Virus record (IMG/VR): IMGVR_UViG_3300032312_000540
Span: 1-46,815 of that record
Strand: one strand, 5' to 3'
From: a virus
Taxonomy: Duplodnaviria > Caudoviricetes
DNA length: 46,815 nucleotides
Shown here: positions 33,652 to 44,200 of the stretch, in pieces
Position numbering within the stretch: the first letter of the stretch is position 1
How the letters are laid out: each line of letters starts with the position of its first letter
Made by a program: the position numbers and the translations under genes
Notes under the pieces: generated by a model
Database searches by the model: none
Seen by the model: only the letters and a program-made list of their open reading frames with translations
Told to the model about the DNA's origin: nothing

Positions 33652-34638
33652 ATGCAGATATTACGTCTTCCACCATACCCTCTTTCTGTAACCTACACAG
33701 TTCCAGATGCCAATGCTGACTACATTATTGTTATTGAAAACGTTTCAGAATTAACAGAAATTGAAGAGACCATTGAATCTAATGCTAGTAAAAAAATAAC
33801 CTATTCTTTAGATGATGACTTTGTTAAATACGATAAATCATATGCTTTAACAATTTATGAAGATGGCGGATCTTCTGGAGCAAACATTGTACGTGGTGAT
33901 GTTGTAGTACAAGATAATTTAGAAATTATGAGACCATACGTAGATCCAACATCTTTGGCTACATCTGGTACAGCAACCGACATAGCACTTTATACAGGTT
34001 ATGAAAATTTAGCAAGAGCAATTATTGATGCTGCTGTTGGTGGATTTTATTATGATAGAACCTATTTAGAAGTTGTTGGACAAGGAAATGACTATTTACC
34101 GCTTTGGAAAAAAACTCACAAAATTTTAAAAGTATATGAAAATGCACAACTAGTTTATGATATAGATAACGCAAATGGACCAGAATTACTAGATTATACT
34201 TTCTTAATTACTAAAGATAAAACAGCAATTACTAAAGATCCAATGGAGGCAATTGATTCTATAAATCGGGCAGAACGAAGATATTCACGCATTCCGTTAG
34301 GATACTCAGACTCTATCAGTATGTTTGACACAGAGGACAGTGGACACACTCAGACCGTAGTTCCTGGAGTTGCATTTCCAGAAGGAGCAGACTATATTAT
34401 GTTACTAGAAACTGGTTATAAGGTTGTTCCTTATGATATTCAAGATGCAACATTAATGTTAATTGATGATATTAAATGTGGAAAATTAGATTACTATAAG
34501 AGATATGTTACAAACTATAGCACCGATCAATTTAAAATTGAATACGATAAACGTTTAATTGATGGTACTGGAAACATTCTAGTAGATAAAATTTTAGAAA
34601 AATATAAAGAGAATATCATCCGTCCAGGAGTATTATAA
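33652..34638 (+). CDS. head-tail adaptor/connector
   Basis: Position; ARAIID; GY..VP.DI..AT..L; VD.IL.KY motifs. Confidence 0.65.
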   Translation: MQILRLPPYPLSVTYTVPDANADYIIVIENVSELTEIEETIESNASKKITYSLDDDFVKYDKSYALTIYEDGGSSGANIVRGDVVVQDNLEIMRPYVDPTSLATSGTATDIALYTGYENLARAIIDAAVGGFYYDRTYLEVVGQGNDYLPLWKKTHKILKVYENAQLVYDIDNANGPELLDYTFLITKDKTAITKDPMEAIDSINRAERRYSRIPLGYSDSISMFDTEDSGHTQTVVPGVAFPEGADYIMLLETGYKVVPYDIQDATLMLIDDIKCGKLDYYKRYVTNYSTDQFKIEYDKRLIDGTGNILVDKILEKYKENIIRPGVL

Positions 34639-35084
34639 TGGAAGACTGCACAACAGACTTTCTTTATCCAATGAAGGCTGATTTGTACTATCCAGTAATA
34701 AATCAAACTCAATACGGACAAGCAAGCAGAACTTGGTTTTATGATAGAACAATTATATGTAATGCTACATCTGTAGGTGGAGCGGGTACTGAACAAATCA
34801 AACCAGAAGCATTCCTACAACATGAAAATAAACTAATAGCAAGAACAAAATCAGATCCTAGGGTATCATCAAATAAAACAGATAATGCTATTACAAACAT
34901 TTTAATTACAAATATCCGTAATGCTAACGATGAACTTATTTATAGAGAAACAGCAGGGTCAAGGTCTGGACGTGGAACTATCTATGAGATAGCAACAGTA
35001 GAACCATTTTCTGGTCCTTTTGGATCAGTAGAATATTTTAAGTTTTTATTACGTAGAACAGAAAATCAAACAGTAGAAGACTAA
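34638..35084 (+). CDS. probable head closure (stopper) protein
   Basis: Size and synteny after the adaptor. Confidence 0.5.
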   Translation: MEDCTTDFLYPMKADLYYPVINQTQYGQASRTWFYDRTIICNATSVGGAGTEQIKPEAFLQHENKLIARTKSDPRVSSNKTDNAITNILITNIRNANDELIYRETAGSRSGRGTIYEIATVEPFSGPFGSVEYFKFLLRRTENQTVED

Positions 35085-35761
35085 TGATAGTTAGAACCAA
35101 CACAGCAAGTTTTAATAAAGAAATGAACAACATAGTCCAATATGCATTTGGTTTTTTAGATGGTGCTCAAAAAGGTAAAACAATTTTTTTAAAAAACTTA
35201 GGGATTGAAACAATAGATGCAATGGCTAAATATGTAGATGTTTCTGCAAGAGGAAATCCTGCAGCACTTCAGCACGTATATGAGTGGTATCAAACAGGCA
35301 GCCCAAGCGCAAGACTATTTAACATTAATTATACTGTTAGCAATTTAGGACTAAGCATTAATTCAACATTTACACAATCAAGAAGTGTAAAAAAAGAATC
35401 AAATTTGCCATTCTATAATAAGGCTAAGATTATGGAAGAAGGAATTCCAGTTGTCATTAAACCAGTAAAATCCCCAGTTCTTGTTTTTAATGAAGGTGGT
35501 GAAACTGTATTTACTAAAAATTCTGTAACAGTTAGAAATCCTGGAGGAAGTCAGGCTCAAGGATCTTTTGAAAAAACAATGGACGAATTTATTTTAAGGT
35601 ATTTTAAACAATCATTTTTACGTGCTAGCGGTATATATGACTACATTAAAAAACCAGTAATATTTAAAAAACAAATAAAGTCTGGGGCAAGACTAGGCAA
35701 GTCAAAAGGTGTAGATACTGGATTTAGATGGATTGTTAATGCAAAGATTGGTGTAGAATAG
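35084..35761 (+). CDS. probable neck/tail completion protein
   Basis: Basic protein at the neck position. Confidence 0.45.
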   Translation: MIVRTNTASFNKEMNNIVQYAFGFLDGAQKGKTIFLKNLGIETIDAMAKYVDVSARGNPAALQHVYEWYQTGSPSARLFNINYTVSNLGLSINSTFTQSRSVKKESNLPFYNKAKIMEEGIPVVIKPVKSPVLVFNEGGETVFTKNSVTVRNPGGSQAQGSFEKTMDEFILRYFKQSFLRASGIYDYIKKPVIFKKQIKSGARLGKSKGVDTGFRWIVNAKIGVE

Positions 35762-35765
35762 TATT

Positions 35766-36344
35766 ATGACTTCTTTAGTATCAAAAGAAACTGGGTTTCC
35801 CCCAATATTTATTAACGCTTTCATTCACAGCGAACTTCAAGAGTTTGATTTAATGCCAACTGGACTTGAACCATTTCAGCCATTTTTTCCCGCTCAAGTA
35901 CCTGACAGTGTAGAAGGTATATATAATGACATTCCCTTTATTAGAAATAATCCTGATACTACCGTAATTATATTTGATAGACTTATGAGATTTAGACCTA
36001 CCCCATTTTACAAGCATAAAAGAGAACAGTTAATATATTTTATTTATAGCCCTAATCTTTCTAAATTATTTGATACAACTAGGGTAATAATAGAATGTCT
36101 TGATCGAGAAGATGTTGCAGCCCAAGCCTTAAACTCTTGGATAGCAAATAATGATATAGAGGATGAGACGGGTGCCGTAATCCCTAAAAATGTATTTTTT
36201 CATAACTTGAAGGTGTATCAAGCAGATGAAAGCAGGGATATCGTAGAGTTGGCCTCTGCTAGAACCTTGGGGCTAAATAAATTAGTTATAGAATATGACT
36301 ATCATACGGTAAGCGTGCAAGGTTCAAATAAACGATACTCCTAA
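35766..36344 (+). CDS. probable tail terminator
   Basis: Position immediately upstream of the major tail gene. Confidence 0.45.
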   Translation: MTSLVSKETGFPPIFINAFIHSELQEFDLMPTGLEPFQPFFPAQVPDSVEGIYNDIPFIRNNPDTTVIIFDRLMRFRPTPFYKHKREQLIYFIYSPNLSKLFDTTRVIIECLDREDVAAQALNSWIANNDIEDETGAVIPKNVFFHNLKVYQADESRDIVELASARTLGLNKLVIEYDYHTVSVQGSNKRYS

Positions 36345-36420
36345 AACGGTGATATAATTAGTATCGAGGAAACAACGCCATACAACTTAATATCTATTAT
36401 TATGAAAAGAGGTAAAATAC

Positions 36421-37053
36421 ATGCCATATAGCCGTGGTACGTCGAACAACATTATCGTTGGTGCAGCAGCACTTTTTGTTTGCGACACAACTTTAACTCC
36501 AGGAACTCTGGAAGCATTTGATGCAAGTGAGTCTTTTAAAGATACACTTACAGCAGACGCTGCATACGATAACGTAGGTTATACAATGAACGGTCTTGAA
36601 TTACAGTTCCAACCAGATTTCGGTGAAGTCCAGGTAGACCAAGTTCTTGACGTTGCTAGACTATTTAAGCAAGGTATGCAAGTAAATCTTGCAACAGCCT
36701 TTGCTGAAGCAACACTAGAAAACTTGCTTCTTGCTTTAGCATATACTAACGACAAAATCTCAGGAAACAAAGCAGCATCTACAGGAAGAACATTAAACCT
36801 TTCTGCAGGCGACATTGGAGAAGTTCCAGTAGAGCGTGGATTAGTTGCTGTTGGCCCAGGAACTGGAAACCCAGCAACTGCAGCCGATGTTGAAAGAGTT
36901 TACACAGCATACCGTGCTTTGTCAATTGAAAACGTAACTGTATCAGCAAAGCGTGATGAGGCTTCAATGTTTGAAGTATCATTCCGTTTATTGCCAGAAG
37001 ATACATCAGGGTCTTACGGTAAAATCGTAGACCGCACATACGGTCAATCATAA
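36421..37053 (+). CDS. major tail (tube) protein
   Basis: NIIVGAA; VGYT..GLEL; V.VDQ; AEATLENL; GAGGT SD; followed by a terminator and the chaperone genes. Confidence 0.85.
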   Translation: MPYSRGTSNNIIVGAAALFVCDTTLTPGTLEAFDASESFKDTLTADAAYDNVGYTMNGLELQFQPDFGEVQVDQVLDVARLFKQGMQVNLATAFAEATLENLLLALAYTNDKISGNKAASTGRTLNLSAGDIGEVPVERGLVAVGPGTGNPATAADVERVYTAYRALSIENVTVSAKRDEASMFEVSFRLLPEDTSGSYGKIVDRTYGQS

Positions 37054-37075
37054 TCTAAATTCAGATTAAACAAAT

Positions 37076-37102
37076 ACCCACTTCTTCGGAGGTGGGTTTT
37101 TT
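37076..37102 (+). terminator. intrinsic terminator with a cUUCGg tetraloop
   Basis: ACCCACTTC TTCG GAGGTGGGT TTTTT. Confidence 0.88.
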
Positions 37103-37129
37103 GTTGTGCTTGTGATAGAATATAATTAT

Positions 37130-37825
37130 ATGGCAACTACAATATATAACACTCAAATTGTGCATTTATTTGACGGTACTGAATTAGAAATTACACCATT
37201 AAAAATTAAATATTTACGTGAATTTATGGATACATTTCAAAATATTAAAAATGCTAAAGGCGATGATGAATCAATTGCTGTATTAGTAGAGTGCGTAAGA
37301 ATCTGTATGAAACAGTATTATCCTGCAATATCTGGCAGTATTGAAAAGGTTGAAGAAAATATAGACATGCCAACAATTTACAAAGTTTTAGATGCATCTG
37401 CTGGAATAAAAATAAACAAAAAATTAGAGCAGCCCGTAAAAACTCAGGCAATTGATAGTGGTCAAACCTGGGAAACTCTGGATCTTGCAAAACTAGAATC
37501 TGAAGTTTTTTTATTGGGTATTTGGAAAGACTATCAAGAATTAGAAAAATCCCTATCAATGCCAGAACTTATGGCAACGCTTGAGGTAAGTAGAGAATTA
37601 GATTACACAGAAAAAAAGTTTTTGGCAGCAATTCAGGGAGTAGATTTAGACAAAAACTCAAATAAAGACAGGGGCCAAAGTGAATGGGAAAATATGAAAG
37701 CAAGAGTTTTTAGCAAAGGAAATGCTACTGATGGCAACGATATTTTAGCACTACAAGGGCCTAATGCAAGCAAAGCAGGGTTTGGTATTGGAATGGGTTT
37801 GGATTACGAAGATCTAAGAAAATAA
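37130..37825 (+). CDS. tail assembly chaperone, long (GT-like) form
   Basis: Start ATG 37130, 8 nt after TGATAGAAT; N-terminal ~95 aa paralogous to 37872; extra C-terminal domain. Confidence 0.65.
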   Translation: MATTIYNTQIVHLFDGTELEITPLKIKYLREFMDTFQNIKNAKGDDESIAVLVECVRICMKQYYPAISGSIEKVEENIDMPTIYKVLDASAGIKINKKLEQPVKTQAIDSGQTWETLDLAKLESEVFLLGIWKDYQELEKSLSMPELMATLEVSRELDYTEKKFLAAIQGVDLDKNSNKDRGQSEWENMKARVFSKGNATDGNDILALQGPNASKAGFGIGMGLDYEDLRK

Positions 37826-37871
37826 CTTCCCTATGCTATAATTGACATAGCCTATATAGGAGGATACACAA

Positions 37872-38204
37872 ATGGCAACAACAGTACACGAGGGTGAAGA
37901 ACTTGTTCTCATGGACGGCACAAAAATTAAGGTACGCTCACTTAAGATTTCTTTGCTTCGTCCATTTATGAAAAAGTTTGAGCAGGTGGCAGGGGTAGCA
38001 GAAGATAACGATAAGTCAATGACTCTTCTTATTGAATGCGTACAAATTGCTATGGAACAATATAATCCAGACCTGTCTAAAGACATTAATAAACTAGAAG
38101 AGGTTTTAGATCTTCCAACAGTTTATAAAATTATTGAAGCCGCTTCTGGAGTTAAGTTAGCAGATGCAAACGCTCTTTTAAACACAGTGCTTGCAAATAA
38201 CTAA
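37872..38204 (+). CDS. tail assembly chaperone, short (G-like) form
   Basis: Between the tail tube and tape measure genes; own TGCTATAAT promoter and AGGAGG SD. Confidence 0.7.
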   Translation: MATTVHEGEELVLMDGTKIKVRSLKISLLRPFMKKFEQVAGVAEDNDKSMTLLIECVQIAMEQYNPDLSKDINKLEEVLDLPTVYKIIEAASGVKLADANALLNTVLANN

Positions 38205-38226
38205 ATAATAAAAGAGGTGTAAATGA

Positions 38227-41200
38227 ATGGCTGACGTAAATGCTAATATTGGCGTACACATTGATACGTCAGGGGCACTGGCAGAACTCAAGGCTCTCCA
38301 ACGTCAGTTAGCAAACTTTCATTCATCAGTTTCAAAAAGCAGCGCAGCCGCTGCTATGGCACAAAAAGGTTTACAGACTAATCTCTTAAACTCAATAAAT
38401 GCAACGGGCAAGTTCCGTGCACAGATGGGGTTAGTAAGAACCTCAACAGAATCATTTACTCACGCACTGGAGACAAACAAACTCTCTATGCGTGAGTATT
38501 TCCGTTATGCAGGCGGATCTACAAAAACCTTTGGAAAATTATTTAAACAAGAATTTAACACGATTGGCAAAGTAGCCGAAGAGCGTGTTAAGAAGATGCA
38601 GACCCAATATATTAAGATGGGTCGTGATGCTTCTGGAGCAATGAAAGCAATTTCAATAACTCCAAACACTTTAAACATGAAAGACTACTCTACAAAATTA
38701 GCAGTAGCAGCACAAAAACAAGCATTATTAAATCAATTATTAAAACAAGGATCTACCAACCTTTTAAATTTTGGTAAAAATACACAATGGGCAGGACGCC
38801 AACTTATGGTTGGCTTTACAATTCCTCTTGCTTATTTTGGTACTGCTGCCGCTAAAACATTTATGGATCTTGAAAAACAAGCCATTAGATTTAAACGTGT
38901 TTATGGAGATATGTTTACAACAACTGATGAGACCAATAGGGCTTTGGCCGATGTAGAACAACTTGCCAAAGAGTTTACAAAATATGGTGTTGCAGTTACA
39001 GAAACTATGGAAATGGCTGCTAATGCCGCAGCAATGGGTAAAACAGGAGCAGATCTTACAGCCCAAGTAGCACAAGCAACTCGCCTTGCAGTTCTTGGCG
39101 GAGTAGAGCAAGAGCAAGCACTAGAAACAACAATATCAGTAACAAATGCTTTTGGTGTAGCAGCGGAAGATTTAGCAAGTAAAATTAATTTCCTTAACGC
39201 AGTTGAAAACCAAACTGTAGTATCTATTGAAGATTTAACAGAAGCAATTCCTAAAGCAGGACCAGTTGTTCAGCAATTAGGTGGGTCAGTTGAAGATCTT
39301 GCTTTCTTCTTAACTGCAATGAAAGAAGGTGGTATTAATGCATCAGAAGGTGCTAACGCCCTTAAGTCAGGTCTTGCGTCTTTAATTAATCCATCAGAAA
39401 AAGCAGCAGAATTCCTTGGAAAACTTGGGGTAAATATTAATGCAATTGTTGAAACTAATAAAGGAAACATAAGAAATACAGTAATTGATTTTTCTAGGGC
39501 ATTAGACACTCTTGATCCTTTAAACCGTGCTCGTGCTATTGAACAACTATTTGGTAAGTTTCAATTTTCAAGACTATCAACTTTATTTCAAAACGTAACA
39601 CAAGATGGAACACAGGCTGCAAGAGTTTTGCAACTTGCTGGAGCGTCAATTGAAGAACTTGCAATATTATCTGAACGAGAATTAGGTGTTTTAGAAAATG
39701 CTGTTGGAACTGACTTTAAAGAATCAATAGAAAAACTTAAAGTTGCTATAGCACCAATAGGAAAAACATTTTTAGAAGCAGTTACACCAATTGTTCAAGT
39801 AGTTGGCAGGTTACTAGATAAGTTTGATAACCTTGGTGAAGGCACTAAAAAGTTTATTGTTATAGCATCAACCCTTGTTGGAGTTATTGGTCCAGTATTG
39901 TTAATGACTTTTGGTTTGCTTGCTAACGGCGTTGCAAATATAATTAAACTATTTATAACAATGCGCTCTGGATTTTTGAGGGCTGGAACAAATACTAATC
40001 TTCTTGCTCAACAAACAAGTTATTTAAATAGTGAACAATTAGAAGCAGCAACAGTTGCAGCATCATTAAATCAGGCTCACACACGATTAACTCAATCATT
40101 TGCAGTAGAAACAACGGCAGTTAGATTATTACGTCAGGCTTACATTGATGCAACTATAGCAGCAACAAATTTTGCAAGAACAAATCCTGGAATGATGATG
40201 CCAGGTGGAAAGTTTACTCCTAAAAAGTTTTCAAGTGGTACAACTAAAGTTGTCGGCGGAGAAACAGGAAAAGATTCAGTACCAGCATTATTAATGCCAG
40301 GTGAAGCAGTTGTTCCAACAGACATTGCACAAAATAATAAATTTAAACCATTAGTTGAAGCCCTTGTTACTGGAAAAATTGCCAAGTACGGAAACGGAAC
40401 AACTGGAGTAAAAATTCCTGAAGATCTTAATCTAACTGGCAGGGCTTACAATGCTAAAAGTGCAAAAGGCGCAAAAGACATACAATCTTTTATAAATTCT
40501 CTACAAAAAAATCCTGACGGAACTTATAACTATGTAGATCCAACAGGAGAATTTAGCAGATCTAACATATCTGCATCAACTATTGCAAAAAACTTAAATT
40601 CAAGAATAGAATCAAACAAGTTTACATTATCTGAAATTAAAACAAAACTTGGTTTAAATAAAGAAGGAAGAGACCTTCTTACTAAAAAAACTGGAAAAAC
40701 AAATGCTCCAAAAAATATTAGAGGAATTATTGGTAAAGCAGGATCAGAAGCAATACCTGGATTTGAAATAGAAAAACAAGCAATAAGAGATCGTTTAAAA
40801 CAAAGAGGGGTAGCGGTAACACAAAGTCAATTAGATAGACTATTCCAAATTGATGCATCTCATATTAAACCAGAGTTTGATGAATCTGGAAATAAAATAT
40901 GGAAAGCCAAAAATGTTGCTGCAGATGCAGGGTATGTAAATAATTATATTTCAAACTCTTTAAAAGGAAAACTTGGACAACATTTATCACAAATGTCACC
41001 AAACCAACTTAAAGCATTAGGAATTGATTCAAAAACGTTTGATGACTTATACGCAAAAGGAAGCAGAGGCGCTGGAACTCATCCAGTAACTACAACGCAA
41101 GCACAAACTTTACAAGCAATTGCTCGTTATGTAATTAGCAATCCTAAAGGTTTAAACTTAGGTAAAAATGCTTTATATCAGGCTCATGCGTTAGACGCAG

Positions 41201-44200
41201 GTCTGGGAGTTAGATTAACAAAAACAGGATTTTATACTGGCGGTGGTCCAAAAACTCTTGAAAAACTTGCTGTAGGCCGTGGAGAAATAGTTGTAGATAA
41301 ACAGGGAAGATCAAAAACAGTTACTGCTTCAACTGGAAAACCTAGAGGAAATACAACAGTAATTGGTGGTGGACCATCAGATAAAAGAATTGTTTCTGCA
41401 AAAAATATATCAAAAGTTATACCTACTAGACCTGGATTTAAAGGTCCTGGAAGTTTTGCACTTGGTGCAATGGGTGGTTATGATGCTGATGGAAATCCTA
41501 TTTCAACAAAACCAGGTATGGCTATATCAAAAGTACAAGAAGATTTTAAGGCTCAGCAAAACTCATTAAGACGTCAAATTGAAAAAGTAGAAAAAAGAAG
41601 ACTTGTTGCATTAAAACAAGAGTTAAAAATAATTGAAGACAAAAATAACCTTGCTACCCAAGCCGCACCATTAACTAAACAACAATTAAAAGAACAAAAG
41701 CGTGAAGTAAGAGCACAACGTGCAGGAGCAGTTGGAAGAGTAGCAGGACCTATTGCTGGACTTGCGGGTATTGGAGCAATGGCAGGATTCATGACTGGCA
41801 ATAATAGTATAGGTACAGCAATGATGGGTATTTCTGCTCTTGGAACAATTGCACCTATGTTAACAAGCCCATTGTCAATTCTTGTAGCCGTTTTGGCTAG
41901 TGCATCTGCAGGATTTTTATTGTATACTAAAATGTTAAAAAATGCAAGAGAAGAAGGAATGAATCTTGCAAAAGCAATGTCTATGTCTGCAAGCAGAGTA
42001 AAAGGTTTGTCAATATTATCTGGACAAATAAGTGCTTCAGAAATACAGGCTAAAAAAAGACAAACTGCTTTAAATCCTTTAGGTGAGCCACAAAGAAAAT
42101 TTGGTCAAAATGTTTTACAATCAGAAGAAGGAAAAAATATTTTATTAGATGTAGAACGCTTAGTAAAACAAAATTTTTCTACACAACAAATTGGCAAAAT
42201 GCTTGGAACAAATTTAAGTCAAGCAGTATTACAAGGAGCAATTTCTACAGATCAAGCAAGAAGCATTGCATCTGCACTTGGAGAACAAATAGGTAGTTAT
42301 GATATACCTTTAAGTGTTAGTGCAAAAATAACTGAATTGATGGGACCTAATGGAGAAAATTTAAAAAATAGCCCACTACAAGTTGCTTTAGAAATTAAAA
42401 AAGATAGTATGCAAAATTTAAATGATGCTCTTAATGTTTTTAAAGCAGGCAAAAAAAATCCATTACTATCAGGGCTTTCAAGACCAGAGGAAATGGGAGG
42501 AATTCTTAGTTTAAGTTCAATTCCATTTTATGATAATGTTAAACAATTTTTTAATCAGAAAAAAGAAAATGCAAAACTTGACGCAGCAGGAGTTCAATTA
42601 GGGTTTGAAGCAATTAGTCAAAATCAACAATTATTAGATTCCGTTAATGAACAATATGACAAAAAAATTAAATTAGCAAAAACAGAAAAAGAAATAAATG
42701 ATTTACAAATAAAAAGAAAATCAGATATTGATAAGTTAAATGTAGCAAACAGTAAAACCTTAACTGAAGTTATTGGAATAAGTAAGAGTTTATCTGATGA
42801 TACCTTTAATACCACAGTTAAAGAATCTTTAGATTCTAGAATTAAAGATGCATCTGTTGCAACAAAAGCATTAAATAAAGTAGCATCAGAGGAAGTTTTA
42901 AAAGTAAAAGATCAAACACTTAGAAGAACCTTGCAAATTGGTCTTGCATCAGAAAATGGTTTAAGTCCACAAGCCATAATAAGTCTTACATCTTTTATAG
43001 GAAGTTCTGAAAATGCTAGTAAATCAGTTGACTTATTTATTAAAGCAAATGGTCTTGCTCAGTTAGAAACTTTAACTGCAATATTTGGTAAATTTACAGG
43101 CAGTGAAACTGGAAAAGACATGACTCCAATTATGAGGGAGTTTATAACAAAATATATTAATGAAAACAGCGTAGAATTAAAAGATGACTTAGCAGCATTA
43201 TCTGCACTAGGGAATTTTAAAGAACAGTATAATGTTACATTAGATGTAAACTCTAATGGTGTAGCAGATTTACAACAAGCAACAAGCGCCTTAACATTAA
43301 TTAAAGATTTCCCAGATAAAATTGATAAAAAATTCCTTGCTACAGTAAATGACCCTCAAGGTAATTTTACACAATTTGCTAAAGACTTTGATGTATTAAG
43401 TCAAGGTAAAGCAGAAGTAAGTAAATACTTGTATGTTAATTACAAATTAGGCTTAAGTGATCCTAACCTAGTTGCCGCCGCCGCTGCAGCAAAAATGACA
43501 GTTCCAGAATACATTGCAAAAGGATTTAATGAGGCTCTTGCTAAACCAACCGCTGCTACACCGCCACCGTCTTCTTCTGGACAAAGAGATACCACTTTTG
43601 ACGATATTTTAACTAACTTAAAACGAACAAGAGATGCAACTATTAATGCTCAAGGCGGAGCAAAAGAACTTATACGAATTCTTGGAGGAGCAAAAGAATT
43701 AAAAGCATTTAATGGTATTGATCAACAACTCTCTAAGATAGGTGCCAACTCAGACTTTATTGATTTTGTTGGCGGGTTAGAAAAAGCAATACAAAATAAA
43801 ATAATAAAGGTAAGTAAAAAGGGAGTAGTTGCACTTACTGATCTTGGTCAGGCTGTTAAAAAGGCTTATGATGAAAAACAACTTGGACTATTTAGTGCTG
43901 CAAATGCACAAGCAATTAATGAATCACTAAAACAAAGAGATGCTTTTGTTAAGTTAAAGGCTGCAGGACTTGACACCGCTAGTGCTCAAGAGTTGCTGGC
44001 CGATAAGATATTTATGGTTTCTATTGCTGCACAAAAAAATCCTGCTGAAATTAAGAAAATGATTAATGAATATAAGAATTTAAAGAAGATAACTAAAGAA
44101 ACACAAGAAATAACTGATCCAGCCGAAGCATTTAAGGATCAACTTAAAACAGAATTAGACTATTATGACTTTCTTGAAAGACAAGCAAGGGCTTCTGTTA

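Noticed and set aside
37130-38204. Programmed -1 frameshift between the tail chaperone ORFs
   Set aside because: The long ORF comes first and is already fused in frame, and the short ORF has its own promoter and SD; no slippery site linking them is needed or evident.
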